Positions 10,540-22,883 of a DNA stretch of 64,000 bases are shown here, one piece after another. The notes beneath the pieces were generated by a model. That model did no database searches, was not told the origin of the DNA, and worked only from the letters and a program-made list of their open reading frames with translations. How positions within the stretch are numbered: position 1 is the stretch's first letter; each line of letters starts with the position of its first letter. Source of the stretch: Naegleria gruberi (taxonomy: Eukaryota); assembly GCA_000004985.1 (NCBI GenBank), contig GG738912.1. The stretch is one strand, 5' to 3'. The translations under genes and the position numbers were made by a program.

Positions 10540-11124
10540 ATGTTAATAGAGAATGTTATATTTTCGGATGATGTTTGTTTTGAGATAATTTCCATGATTG
10601 ATGATTCTTGGTTTATTTTGAATAATTGTTGTTTAATTTCAAAACAATGGTTTAATGTGATCAAGGAACGTTCAAAACTTGTTATTCAATTTAACGAACA
10701 ATTTACAGAAAATAGAATTGAATTGTTAATGAAAAGTCAATTCATGAATAGTATTGTAAATGTTAAGTTTTCTTATATGTTGCTTAACTCTCCAGATCAA
10801 GTTAAATTCATAACTGAAATGAAACAATTAACATCACTTAGTATTGCTGGCAATCAAATTGGTGTAGAAGGAGCCAAATTTATAAGTGAAATGAAACAAT
10901 TAACATCACTTGATATACATGATAATGGAATTGGTGTAGAAGGAGCCAAATACATTAGTGAAATGAAACAATTAACATCACTAAATATTGCTGACAATCA
11001 AATTCATGTAGAAGGAGCCAAATTTATAAGTGAAATGAAACAATTAACATCACTTAATATATATTATAATGGAATTGGTGTAGAAGGATCCAAGTACATA
11101 AGTGAAATGAAACAATTAGCGTAG
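10540..11124 (+). CDS. F-box-like + RNI-type leucine-rich-repeat protein. It appears C-terminally truncated relative to its paralog at 55480..56667.
   Basis: The N-terminus resembles the F-box-like region of the 55.5 kb gene (…FEIISMIDD…LISKQWFNVIKERS). It is followed by 4.5 near-identical 24-aa LRR units (EMKQLTSLxIxxNxIGVEGAKFIS) and ends abruptly in a stop. Confidence 0.5.
   Translation: MLIENVIFSDDVCFEIISMIDDSWFILNNCCLISKQWFNVIKERSKLVIQFNEQFTENRIELLMKSQFMNSIVNVKFSYMLLNSPDQVKFITEMKQLTSLSIAGNQIGVEGAKFISEMKQLTSLDIHDNGIGVEGAKYISEMKQLTSLNIADNQIHVEGAKFISEMKQLTSLNIYYNGIGVEGSKYISEMKQLA
10816..11124 (+). repeat. Near-identical 72-bp tandem repeat array (4.3 copies) encoding the LRR units of the gene at 10540.
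   Basis: gaaatgaaacaattaacatcact recurs at 10816, 10888, 10960, 11032 and 11104 with exact 72-bp periodicity. Confidence 0.8.
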
Positions 11125-11574
11125 AATAAAACGTGTAACTTTATTAATGTCTTATATCAATAACAGCCTGAGACCAAATCGTTATACTAACTTAGATTCT
11201 TTGCGGGGATTTGGTGTTTTGTTGATATTTAAGGCTGCCTTACATTGTAAAGATTCGTTATTTTAATGGCCTCTCTGTGGAGTATTATGAATGTGATTGA
11301 TTATTTTCCAAACATTGATGAGTTTACGTAAGTCAAACAATTCAGTGATTGGTTTTGAAGCGTTTTCTTGTCACTAAATAGGATGCTCCGATGGTGCTTA
11401 ATAAACTGATGTGCTGTAGTCTTTTCCATAATTATTTAAAGTCAAATTTCTCAAAAAACAATCATTTCTCATACCTTATTACTTCATTACGACTGTCGTG
11501 TTAGATGTTGTTCGTAGACAATTTGATTATTCAACGAACTGGACGATTACGATATTTCACATTTCACAAAAAAA

Positions 11575-12895
11575 ATGATTCAACACCAAGTCATCAAGTG
11601 CATTGTTCTGTTTTTCGTGTTGATTATTGCACAACTGATGCTATTGATGATCAATGTGAATGGCATGACCATCACAACGATGACCACTCCATCTGCATCA
11701 GCATCTTCATCACAATTTCTCAACGCTCAAGCTCCTGAAATTTCCTATCGGAATGGAAGATTTCTCCGAGATAAGAGTGCCATTGTTTTTGATTGGAGTG
11801 GATTCATCATTTCCACACAATTTACTCATCGTGAGAATGCCTCTCAACCTATCAATTCATTAAAGATGGTTGTTCATTTGGATGATCCAGGAAATTTGTA
11901 TAATTGTTACTTGTGGAAAATTAGTGAAAATAAGAGAGTGAAATTGTTGCAGGAAAATGTCTTGACAACTGTTAAGGGAGAAAATGCATTTGGATTGGTG
12001 TTTAATTGGCCTATGGATAAGGATTCTCAATCATATGTTGTTGAAATTGAAATTGAGAAGAGAACTGAAGCTATGGTTGGAGTTGTTCAATTTTATGGAA
12101 TTACCTTTTTACAATCTGTTCAATTAATTCAAAGAAATTCAATGAAATTGAAGGAGAAATCAAGTACTGATCTCAAGATTGAATTCATTGGAGACTCAAT
12201 TACATGTGCATATGGAAATATGGGTAAGCCGCCTTGTGCCTACACTCCTGCCACTCAAAACGTACATGAAAGTTTTGTTGAAAAGACAGCAAGATATGTC
12301 AATGCTAGTGAAATTCACATTGAATGTTGGTCTGGAAAGGGTGTAGTTCGTAATTTTGCAGATAAGAACACTACCAGTGTTGATCCATTCCCAGTTTACT
12401 ATCCAAGAACTTTGGCAAATGATGCAAACAGTGTTTGGGAATTTAGAAAGACATTTATTCCAGATATTGCTGTAATTACTTTGGGAACTAATGATTTCAG
12501 TACTGCTCCTAGACCTAGTTTTGAACAATTCTCAAATGGTTATCAGAAATTCCTTGATTTCATTTTTGGAAAGTATGCTCCAATTAAGGGACCATCTTTC
12601 AAGATTGTAATGGTTGTAAGTTTCATTGTTCAAAATTTCATTTCAATTGTTAATCTATTGGATACTATTGGATATGTAGAGTGTTGTGGCCACTGAAAAT
12701 TATGGAGATTACATTCAAAGTATTGCTGAAAAGCAACCTGGATATGGAAAAAATGTTTTCTTTGCTAATTTGAGAGATGTTTGGCGTGGATTTGGACAAA
12801 ATGATTGGGGATGTTCTGGACATCCAAATGAAAATGGTGATGAAAAGTTGGCTCTTGCTCTCAGCTCTTTCCTTTCCAAAAATGTTTTAAATTAA
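11575..12895 (+). CDS. Secreted SGNH/GDSL-family hydrolase, possibly CE2-type esterase-like. Two exons: 11575..12615 and 12680..12895, with a 64-nt intron at 12616..12679.
   Basis: Signal peptide, then GDSITCAYGN (block I) and GTNDFS (block III). After a GTAAGT…tatgtag intron, the catalytic block V DWGCSGHPNENG falls in frame. Joins ORFs 11575..12696 and 12686..12895. Confidence 0.6.
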
Positions 12896-12966
12896 TTTTT
12901 ATTTAATTTTTATTATAATAATGAATTTATTTTTTATATAATTCAATCTCAAAAATTTATTTACAA

Positions 12967-15900
12967 TTAATTACTGCTTGTTAGATCTTCTTCTTGACCT
13001 TCTTCAGCATTTTCCAAAAGACCTGGGTCATATTGATTCAACCAAGCATCACAACTCATGACAAGTGGAAGTTTAGCTAGTTTTTCCATGGCAATTCTAA
13101 CTTCTGGATTGACAAACTTTGGTTTCTTCTTAAAGAATGCAGAATAATAGTTTTGAGAACAAACTTCATCAAAAACTGGCAAGGCCTTCTTGGAATTGAA
13201 ACAATGACACCAAAATGCATTGAATCTAGTACTCTTAAAGTGATCTGGATCTTCCAACCACAAATCTTCAACTGTAATTTCCTTTTGAACCTTGAAAATT
13301 CCTTCAATGATGAAAGCAACAGCTGGGTTTTGAACTCCACTTCTGGCAATGTCGAGCAGATAATTGAAATTGTAAGCTTCTTCATTTACAAAGAGCTCTG
13401 CTGGATCTTCTTGTGGACCAATGAAGAGAGCTCTGAATGATGGAAGAACAGCTTTTCTCATATAGGCAGAAACGAAATTATCTGAATTAGTTTCGTCACA
13501 CAATGAGGAAAGGGAAACTTGCTTCAATTTTGTTTGAGTATCCAAATATGAAATTAAACAATTCACTTGATTGACAAAGCTTGCAACAAAATGATCTGGA
13601 TCACCCAAATCTGGATATTCCACAGTATCTATTCCAGCAATATTATAATTAATAACAATTTCATCTTCTTCCTCAATGACATCTTCTGGTTCTTGAGTGA
13701 GAGGTTTTTGAGCTTTTGGAGCAGTTGGTTTCTTTGGAGCATCGTCGTCCTCATCTTCATCGCTACTGAAATCGAGAGAGAGGTCACTTTCATCTGAATA
13801 GTCAGAGTGATCATCTTTCTTCGCTTCCTTATCAGATTTGACCACTGTTCCATTACCAATATCCTTATCGACAATCTTTGGTGGTTCAAGTTGGAGAAGG
13901 GAAATGAAACCTTTGGCTCCCTTATTGGAATTTTGCTCGTTTTGTTTTCTTTCCTTCCACATGGCCAATTCATTCTTGGTTAATAAGGATTCGAATTTGG
14001 TTTCGTTCTTATCTCCGAGAGCGAATAAAATCTTCTTCACTCTAACAACTTCTTCCTTATTCATATACTTTTCAGCTACACTCGAGTTGATTGTGTATTC
14101 AATAGTATTGGAGAGTTGACTAACAATACATTTTCCAAGTTTTTCTTGAACCATGGCATTCTTCTTAACATGTTTCAATCCTTGTTTGATAATGAACTGA
14201 GCTACTCTGTACAATGAATTGAATTGATCCTTATTTAACTTTAAAACCAACATGTCTTGATCTCCTTCTTTTCTAACCATTTGATCGATATTGAAAAGAG
14301 CGAAACCCATCAAGGCAATTTCACCAATATTGAGATTGGATTTTGGTTTCACGGCAGAGAATGAAGAAAAGAATTTTCCAAGTAAATTTCCTGAAGATCC
14401 TGATGCATTTTCCTTCTTCTTTCTCTTCATTGGAGCATCATCGTCATCCATACAGAGCTCTTCATCACTTTCTTCCCTGTAGTCTTCATCAAAGAAAAAG
14501 TCCTCGTCCTCATCTGGATCTAATTTCACTTTCCATGCATCCTTGTCCTGTGGATCGTTGGAAATGAGAGCAATTCTCTTCCACACCAATTGTTTGGCCA
14601 AAAGCTCCTTCTTTGACTTTTCCAAGTGTCCAGCATTAATTTCCTGTTCTACCAATTGAATCGACTCGTAGAAAGTCTTGAGGAGATAGGACATTGGACC
14701 ACAATTCTTTCCTGAATTATCCTTCTCTTCCTTAATGACCTTATTATAGAACTTGGCAATGGTTTGATTCTTTTCACTGATAATATCAAGGAGATCGTAG
14801 TGTGGATGCTTTCTCGAGAGTCTTTCAGCTTCTTGTTGTAAAATAGCAGCAATTTCATTTTCAAATTTGGTCTTGGCTTCCATCTCCTTGACAACTTGTT
14901 GAGCTTCATAGGAGAGTGGAGAAACCTCCTCAAAGGTATGATCTCTCACATAATTCATCAACAAACTCAAGTTCTTTTCCTCGATACCTTTTTGAATTTC
15001 CTTCTTTCTTCTGAAAAATTCCTTCAATTGATCTCTTTTACTGACCGCAATTTCTCTGACTTTAATCATTGGTTCTGGACGAACTGAGACAGAGTCTTCT
15101 TCATCCTTCTTCTTTGAATTATCCTTCACAGTACCATAACTATCACAAACAGCAATGATATCATCCAATTCCTTCAAACTCTTTTTCACATTGTAAGCAT
15201 AGAAAATTCTAGAAACCAAGTGAGTACACAATTGACCCAATTCATGTTGTGAAATTTCCATAACAGCTATACATGTTCAATTCAAATTTTGTAGAAACAA
15301 TTCAATAAAATTTGAATCATTCTAATACTTACGAGTATCATCACCAACTTTGTACACAAAAACTCTATAATCCACATTAGAAGCAGCTTCCAAATTTGCT
15401 CCCTTTGTCAAATTAATCATAACACTTATGTGTGCAGTAACTTTCGTTGTAATATTACTTCTTCCATAAATGATAAATCTCTCTGAGAACCAATCAGTAG
15501 TTTGAGCCACTCCATGTGAAACTTCGTGATGCAAATAGGATTTAGTGGCAATTTGAGAAAGATCAACACCACCATCAAGGAATGAAGTTCCCTGCTGAGC
15601 TTCGTTTGGATCATTTTCCTTTTCCTCAAATGCTGAAATTTTCACATTGAGTGGAGTGGATCCATAGGTCATGACTGGATGCACTAGAACTTCATAAATT
15701 CCAGGATCGACATTGGAAACTTGTATTTTCTTGAATTGTTTCAAATTAATTCTTCCAGGAGTTTGATAAACAACATCTTTCTTTTTGAATAATTGGAAAC
15801 CGAAACCAGAAATTGCTCCAACTGTTTGTCTTGACACTTTAATCAGTACAGTAATCAAATTATCCTATTTTCATCATCAACAGCATTCAAACATTCCACA

Positions 15901-16430
15901 AAAATTATAAATTTCGTATTGTCCATATAAAAATTATTACAAAAATTGGAAACTTTACAAAAACTTACTCTTTGCACTTCACCATCTTTTCTAAATAAAT
16001 TAAATTCCTTTGAACATTTTTGTTCTTTTGCAGTCATGACTGCTTCAAAATCCAAACTCAACTCTAAAGCTTCGATATGGATAGAAACAGGTTCGGGATT
16101 CGTATTACTCAACCGATCAAGACAAAGTTTATATCTGCAAGGTTCTAATTTACCATGGAGAATAATTTTCTCATCATCTGTGGCAGAGAAGGTAAATTGT
16201 TCATCTACACCAACTGGGAATAAACCACTTTCGAAAAAACCAAGTGCATTTTGTTGACTTTTACTTTCGAATAATCGTGAGTTTAGTCCAGCTCCGATGT
16301 TTAAAGGTAAATCACCAGATGTTGTAGAAGAAGTATTAGACAAGGTAATTTTCTTTCTTGCTTTGTTTCTCTGTAAATTAGCATAGTCTTCTCCGAGTTC
16401 AGATACTGACTGGGTTGATTTCAAATTCAT
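12967..16430 (-). CDS. Large (~1100 aa) acidic Lys/Glu/Asp-rich protein of unknown function. Three exons: 15969..16430, 15333..15864 and 12967..15266, with introns at 15865..15968 (104 nt) and 15267..15332 (66 nt).
   Basis: Three ORF-track pieces (15855..16430, 15322..15858, 12967..15261) join in frame through canonical GTAAGT donors and AG acceptors. Phases: 0 into exon 2, then 1 (C|CT) across intron 2. ATG at 16430 follows aaaaaaa. I do not recognise the product family. Confidence 0.5.
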
Positions 16431-16639
16431 TTTTTTTGATTGATGACTTGTTTAACTGAACAGTAATGATTGTTGAGAGATGTTTCACTGACAATGAAGT
16501 CTTTCACTGAAGTGATGAACGAACAGCGAATGCAAAGTACTTCATTGTTAATTATGGAAGTTTTGGTATTAATAATTTTACAGAATTTATATATTTAATA
16601 TTTACTATTATACAAAATGAAGGTTGTGATTCAGAAGAT

Positions 16640-17374
16640 TTACTTTCTGAAATTTCTCTTATAGGCAGCAAGACAGCTAATGCTAGGAGTTCTCAACTTG
16701 TCCTTATTGATTTGACTCAAAAATTGTTGTCTTGTCTTTCTCCAATTATTGACAGGTGAAGGTTGAACAGTTTGTTGATTCATTCTAATAAATTCCAATC
16801 TTTTCAAATCCTTAGCAGATAACAATCTCTTCAATTGGGTATTTCCACAAATTCTTTGATGGTATTTCATATATTTAGACTTGTGACATTTGTGGCAGTT
16901 TGGACATTCAACCAATGAGTTCTTTGCAGATTTTTGACATGAAGAACCTTGAGATTTGCACTGAGAAGTTTGACTTCCTTGATGTTTGGCAGTTTTCACT
17001 TTCATTTGAGATTTAACATTCAAGTCAGCAAACAATTTTTCCATTTGCAAAATTCTTCCTTTCAAAATCAAGTTTTCTTCTTGGAGAATTTTCTTTTCTC
17101 TTCTCAAAATTTCGACATGTTTTGAAGATTGCTTCTTCTTTGCTTGTTGTTTTTGTTTCTTCAATACCAAATCAACTCTAATTGACTTTCTTTTCAAGTA
17201 TGGGAAAGGTCCTTGTGGTTTCTTTGAGATTTGGACGAAAGGAGTTGTGGAAGTGGAATTGATGGATTGATTTAATGTTTGAGATGGTGAATTGACTGGA
17301 ATGTCATCAAAGTTTGAAGCATTGTTCTTTTGATTTGTGGCAGTTCTCTTGAAATCGAATTCTTGCATGATCAT
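16640..17374 (-). CDS. Small basic coiled-coil (bZIP-like) protein with a C-terminal CxxC…HxxxC zinc-binding motif.
   Basis: Basic stretch KKQKQQAKKKQ followed by a heptad-like EILRREKKILQEENLILKGRILQMEKL, then CPNCHKCHKSKYMKYHQRIC. ATG at 17374. Confidence 0.4.
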   Translation of the reverse strand: MIMQEFDFKRTATNQKNNASNFDDIPVNSPSQTLNQSINSTSTTPFVQISKKPQGPFPYLKRKSIRVDLVLKKQKQQAKKKQSSKHVEILRREKKILQEENLILKGRILQMEKLFADLNVKSQMKVKTAKHQGSQTSQCKSQGSSCQKSAKNSLVECPNCHKCHKSKYMKYHQRICGNTQLKRLLSAKDLKRLEFIRMNQQTVQPSPVNNWRKTRQQFLSQINKDKLRTPSISCLAAYKRNFRK

Positions 17375-18649
17375 TTTTGTTGTTTTGTTTTGATTTTGTT
17401 ATTGTGGAGTTTAGTGGATTGCTTCTCTGACTATTTATTCGAAAGTTAGTTGACGAATAGACCTACCCAAACTTTCAATAATGGAAACACATCAACAGCT
17501 GTACTTACCAACTGAACGAAAATGGAAAGTCATGTTATCTCTCAACCTATTAATACCCTTAAATACCCCAATCTAAACAAACCAACACACAGGCATTCCA
17601 ATAACAATTTTGTTATTTAGGCTATCAGATGATAAAACCATTTCAAAAAAGACTACAGCACCACAGGTTCCCAAGTTGTCTCCAACCTCAGTACTGATGT
17701 GGCTCGACGATGCTTAACTTCTCAAATCGGACGGGATGAGGTGCATTCATCGTGATATGGCCGTAGCCATTAATTTTCATAACGCCTTAATATTGAATAA
17801 TTTCTGCACATTTCTTGATGTCCAAAGATGATGAAAGTTAGATTTGAAGGAACGACTAATTCTTCATTACTAAGCAGCCTCGGTATTCCATATTCCTTGG
17901 TTATTATTTATTGTTTGGGTCGAAGAATCCATATCGGACCGAAGATACCCTGCCCCATTCTTATATTCCATAATGAGAATAATCTGATCATTGGCAACAT
18001 TGAAATTGTAATCAAGAGTTCCAAGAATATTTGGATGTGAATACTTTCTATGAAATTCAAGCTCACTAATTACATGTTTATAAATACGTAACCTGAAAAT
18101 CTTCTTTACCAGATCAGTCCATGTCTGGGTTTGCTCATATTCTTTTGACTATTGGAAACTCTGATTGCAAGATTGAAACATCACTGCATTACTCATACTT
18201 TTCAAAATCTAAATGTTTCTGTGCAATCGCCGACCACTTCTCAATCTTTTCATTAGTAACATGGAAAATAAGATGAATGGCCACAATTCTTCTTCATATA
18301 TTTCAGTAAGTTGATCGAAACATGTTGAACATTAATCTTTGCAAGTAACTCTCTCGTAAAGGAATTGATTTCTGGAAAGGATTCTGCTAGGGAGAATTTG
18401 AAAATACAGCATTGAACTTCCAATTCCATCCTTCAAAACAAATGGTTAAGGAATCGGTTGAGAGAGCGAAAGGATTCTTCTCAATAGAATTGTTAAACTC
18501 AAAGACTTGCATTTTTAAAATTCGAGTTGTATTAAGCTAATGATTAAATAGTGAGAAAAATAGAGTTTCATGTGTGCAACTTAGAACATCAAAGAACAGT
18601 AGGTTCTTACTGCTAATTATTATTATTGATTTTTTCTGATTACAAAAAA

Positions 18650-19243
18650 ATGATAAAATCGACGTGTTCTGGGTTGAAGCAGCTTGGATTGAATAAATTT
18701 CGATCATCACGAATAAATCTCCTCTTCCGACACCACTCCCCACTACTATTTTCTCAAGTCAACAACAACGATATGAACAATACACTCCAAGAAGAACAGC
18801 AGCAACAACAGGAACAAATAGAAATTTTACCCATCACAGTACCGAGAGTCGGAGAAGGAATTTCCACTCTCCAAATCACCAAGTGGCATAAACAAATTGG
18901 TGATTTGGTTGATTATGGAGATGCTTTGGTGGAGATGAAGGCATCCCAATTGTCGATTGATATTTATGCAGAAAGGAGAGGAATAATGAAGGAGCATTTA
19001 ATGAGAGAGGGAGAGTATGCACATGTTGGAGATGTAGTTTCGTACTTGCAAGTGGAAAGGATGAATAGTGAAGAAGTGAAAAAGGATATTGAAGGAATCA
19101 TGACAAAAACTGATATGACTGCGAAGAAGAAAATAGATTCGAGGGATTTAATAATTGCAATTATAGTTTTAATAGGTTTCTTTTTCGATGATTTTTTAAA
19201 ATTGGTCATGAATTGCTTTGATTATCTTTTCAATGAGAATTAA
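18650..19243 (+). CDS. Small protein with a biotin/lipoyl-attachment-like (single hybrid motif) domain and a C-terminal TM segment.
   Basis: …ITKWHKQIGDLVDYGDALVEMKASQLSIDIYAE…GEYAHVGDVV… resembles biotinyl/lipoyl domains (EAMKM-like VEMKAS). True ATG at 18650; the ORF-track start at 18626 is TTG. Confidence 0.4.
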   Translation: MIKSTCSGLKQLGLNKFRSSRINLLFRHHSPLLFSQVNNNDMNNTLQEEQQQQQEQIEILPITVPRVGEGISTLQITKWHKQIGDLVDYGDALVEMKASQLSIDIYAERRGIMKEHLMREGEYAHVGDVVSYLQVERMNSEEVKKDIEGIMTKTDMTAKKKIDSRDLIIAIIVLIGFFFDDFLKLVMNCFDYLFNEN

Positions 19244-19336
19244 GGAGGTTATTATTCCAACTATAATTGTTTTCCAAGAGGAATATAGTCGATTTTGGAA
19301 TTATTAAGGATCCAATCTGGTCTGTTAATAAACAAA

Positions 19337-20818
19337 TTAAATCTTACGGAGTTTATTAACACAGGGACAAACTCTTCTTCTATGTTCCGAATTTTGACAT
19401 CTGAATCTACTATTTCTCGTGCCTAGCGTACAATAATTTTCATCAAATAAAGGTGATGAAGAATCCAATACAGGATTTCTTTCATAGGTACATTTACAAT
19501 TTGGAGAGAATTTCTTAATTTCCTCACATCGATTAATGTAAGGGAAGAATCTACCATCACAAATAGCACCTCTCTTCTCACAACAAGTTGCACAACTTTC
19601 ACCCTTTTCACATGCAACACTTTCAACATTCTTCAATTCGTAGAGTGAGAATTTGTGAGATGGTGGGGTGGAAGGAAGCGTCAGAGTATCATGAGTAAAG
19701 GCATATTCAGGATCATCCTGAGTGGCTCTACCAGCCATAGCGGAAATAGGAATCGGATTTGTATCATTGCAAGGGAAGAATAAAGAATTTGGACATTGTT
19801 CCGAATGGAACAAGACGTATAATTGTGATTGTGTTTGTGGTTCGAAACAATGAGGGAAATCTACATTATTTCTCTCAATATTTCTCTCGTTACCCACTGA
19901 AGACATGACACCAATATGTTTCATTAATTGGTATCTGTAAAGATAGAATAATCTATCCTTGAAATATTCCTTTCCATAATCGTGGAATCTATGGAAAAAT
20001 TCCTCCAAAAGCCAATCGATAGGTATATTGGTATATTGTTGCAATTCCATGAAATGAATCAGTGCATTGAAATCCTTTCTTTGAATCATTACTCCATTCA
20101 TACCAAAAGAAAAACGTATTCCTGCCCAATCTCTTCCTTCTATTTCCAGTTGTGTTGCCTTCTCGAAAATTAATGAAAGGTGAGAGATTGCTCCAGGACA
20201 CATTATAAAATCATCCTCCATAATAACCACAGGAACATTTGATCTTGTCTTCATATTTTCATGAAACAATCTAATCATATCATAAAAATCGTTTGATTGT
20301 AACCTCTTCCTTTCCGACAAGTCGGAATTCATAAACATATTATAACTATATCGTTTGTGAATTAAATAGGTTTGTGACTCGTGTGTATTTTGTCTCACAG
20401 TTCGTTCCACTTCTTCTCTAAAAGGTTCTCCTTTTGAATTTAGCACCACAATACAAGGGAAGAATAGCCTTTGTTTTACTCTAGCTAGGGAATCGACTGT
20501 CTTTCCGAGATAATAGAATTTATCACCCTCTATTGGTGGTCTTGGTGCAGTCAGAATTAAAAACACAACTTGGCATCTATCATCCAAAATATGCTCTATT
20601 TTGTAATTGTTTTCATCCACTTCAAAAAGCAGATTTGTAGCAGGTGATATTATTGGTTTTAATCTAGGTTTAATCAACACTATTTTCAATATAATAATAA
20701 AAGCAAATAAAAACAGTATTTGTGAAGCAACTAGGAGTAGCAGAGATTTAGTCTTGGTAAAAGTTCGAAATAAAGGTAAATACCTCTGCTTTAAATCATA
20801 TATAAATGTATTTATCAT
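19337..20818 (-). CDS. Type-II membrane glycosyltransferase of the GT54 family (MGAT4 / GlcNAc-transferase IV-like).
   Basis: N-terminal signal anchor. VVIMEDDFIMCPG and …TNIPIDWLLEEFF correspond to MGAT4 YIQLEDDIIV and …KPIDWLLDHIL. Cys-rich C-terminus. Confidence 0.55.
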   Translation of the reverse strand: MINTFIYDLKQRYLPLFRTFTKTKSLLLLVASQILFLFAFIIILKIVLIKPRLKPIISPATNLLFEVDENNYKIEHILDDRCQVVFLILTAPRPPIEGDKFYYLGKTVDSLARVKQRLFFPCIVVLNSKGEPFREEVERTVRQNTHESQTYLIHKRYSYNMFMNSDLSERKRLQSNDFYDMIRLFHENMKTRSNVPVVIMEDDFIMCPGAISHLSLIFEKATQLEIEGRDWAGIRFSFGMNGVMIQRKDFNALIHFMELQQYTNIPIDWLLEEFFHRFHDYGKEYFKDRLFYLYRYQLMKHIGVMSSVGNERNIERNNVDFPHCFEPQTQSQLYVLFHSEQCPNSLFFPCNDTNPIPISAMAGRATQDDPEYAFTHDTLTLPSTPPSHKFSLYELKNVESVACEKGESCATCCEKRGAICDGRFFPYINRCEEIKKFSPNCKCTYERNPVLDSSSPLFDENYCTLGTRNSRFRCQNSEHRRRVCPCVNKLRKI

Positions 20819-21401
20819 CTTTTAAATTGTGTTATTAAATTATATTATTAATGATGATGGAAATATAAATTAAAATAGGTTGCTGATAATATTGGGCGAT
20901 GATACAGCAAAATGTATATGCTCGGATTATATTTCCTCTGTAAATTGTTCAGAGAGAGAAATATTAAATCAAGAACTTCCTGATGTTAAAGATGATAACA
21001 CTCAAATCTTAAGAAGAATGATGATGAACCCAAAAATCCACACTATCCAGATATTGTTAAATATATCAAAATTATCCTCTCCGGTAGTAGAAGAATCGAC
21101 GAATGAGAGAGAGAATATGTTCTTTACTTTTTTTCTCTAAATTTCCTTCATCAACATAATTTGCGATGTGTGTAACACAGAGAGGAACATCACTCGATGC
21201 TTGATTGTTTGTGCGTTTCATTCCCGCCCTTTCTAGAAAATCTTTATAAAACAGGTATAACGATAGGTAGTCGTTGGAACTGTAAGTTTTTGTAAAGTAC
21301 AGATTATTTTGCATTGAAATGAAGATATGAGAGATACACAGTTCAGAACAAGTGTGTTTTTGAAAATCAATTTTTAATTAAATCCTAGAAAAGATGTGAG
21401 T

Positions 21402-22883
21402 TTAAATAATTCCTGGAATGAAAATGTACTTGACAGTTTCACAATATTTGTCCCAATCTTCCTTATACTTTCTCTTACATCTTTCAGAATCTCTGTGATA
21501 ACGATGGATAATCATACAGAAGAAGAAGATGAAATAAAAGTATGGAATGAAACTTCCAAATCCACAGATCAAACCCCATGTCAAGCCCATTGTGGTATCC
21601 ATAGTATAGTTCAATTTACGAGCATAAGCCCACCAACCATCAACCAACAATTCACTACCTGCCTTAGTCTTGAGACATTTGGCATTATCTGGCAAAGTAC
21701 CATATGGCAATTGAGGGAAAGTCTTTCTTTCTCTGAAAGTACCATTCTTCTTCATACGGAATCTGTTACGTTGACTTTGAGCAGTATCCCAGAAATAGTA
21801 AGCAACAAAGAGCAAGATGAAAATACAGAGATTGTACCACCAAGGCATGTTAATTTCTTCACCCTTCTTGTAAATGTAAATGGATGAGAAACAGTAAACG
21901 AATGGAACACCAGCCAAATTCCAGTAAATCAACAACCAACCCCATTTTTCATAAAAGATATCCCATGATGATGGAACACATTCTTCACCCTTCATAATGG
22001 CATTGACATAAATTGTGTGGGCAGTTAACATGAAAATCATTGGTGTGGTAATGTATCCGAGTTCTTCATATTGTTTGGCAGCTGCAGAGAGTGTCAACAA
22101 GAAGAGCAAGACCCATGAAATTCTGGCTTCAGTGAACATTTTCAAATCCAAAGATCCTAATCTAGGATTCAAAACAGCTCCCATGAAAAAGTCATAGAGG
22201 AAACTTCCAGACAATCTGTGTTCATTTCCAGTTGCAATAGTATAGAAATAGGTAAAGATAGCAACAAGATTACTGAAAATAATGGCAACAGTTAAAATTG
22301 GAGCAAAATTATCATAGAGCATTGAGACTGGAGCAATTCCAGTAACATACAAGATACCAATGAGTGGCAATGTAATATACCAGACGTGGATGGCATTACA
22401 ATTGTAAATCAACTTTTTGCCACCTTCATGTTCGAGTGGTAAACCTTCATATAAGTCACCAGGAATTAACCAACCCAAAACACCTTCATAAACGATGAAT
22501 CCCATATAAATATTAAAAGCAGTCCAATTTGGTTGAGCAATTTCCCATGCAGCAGACCAATCTACATCCCAAAACCACACTAATTTAGAATCAGTAAATT
22601 CCAAACAATACCAATAATAGTATGGAATGATATGTGAAATTATCATAACAGCAAGACAACCTATTGGTCCACCAAATTCTCTGGCTGCCATATTCAGTAG
22701 AAGCAAAATTATCAGCAAGATACAAACAATTTCACACGAAACGAAACCGAAACAAAACGAAAAATAATTCACACCAATAAATATTCGAATCAACATTCAC
22801 TCTATAACCTACCTTCCTCCTTCTCTTCCTTCTTATTGACCCTTGTTGTGGCCTTCTCTTGTTGTGTTGTTGTCGAAGCCATT
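21402..22883 (-). CDS. Sterol reductase family protein (delta14-sterol reductase / 7-DHCR, ERG4/ERG24 family). Two exons: 22814..22883 and 21402..22684, with a 129-nt intron at 22685..22813.
   Basis: Family signatures LLVDGWWAYARKLNYTMD and the C-terminal …HRYHRDSERCKRKYKEDWDKYCETVKYIFIPGII. The MASTTTQQEK… exon has aaaaaaATG context and a GTAGGT donor. The acceptor …atggcag joins in phase 1 to give …EEAREFGGP…. Confidence 0.65.

Noticed and set aside
22685-22813. In-frame N-terminal extension MLIRIFIGVNYFSF… of the sterol reductase (ORF start 22796).
   Set aside because: It is better explained as intronic. An upstream exon MASTTTQQEK… has a strong Kozak context and GTAGGT donor, and the acceptor restores the frame exactly at REFGGP.
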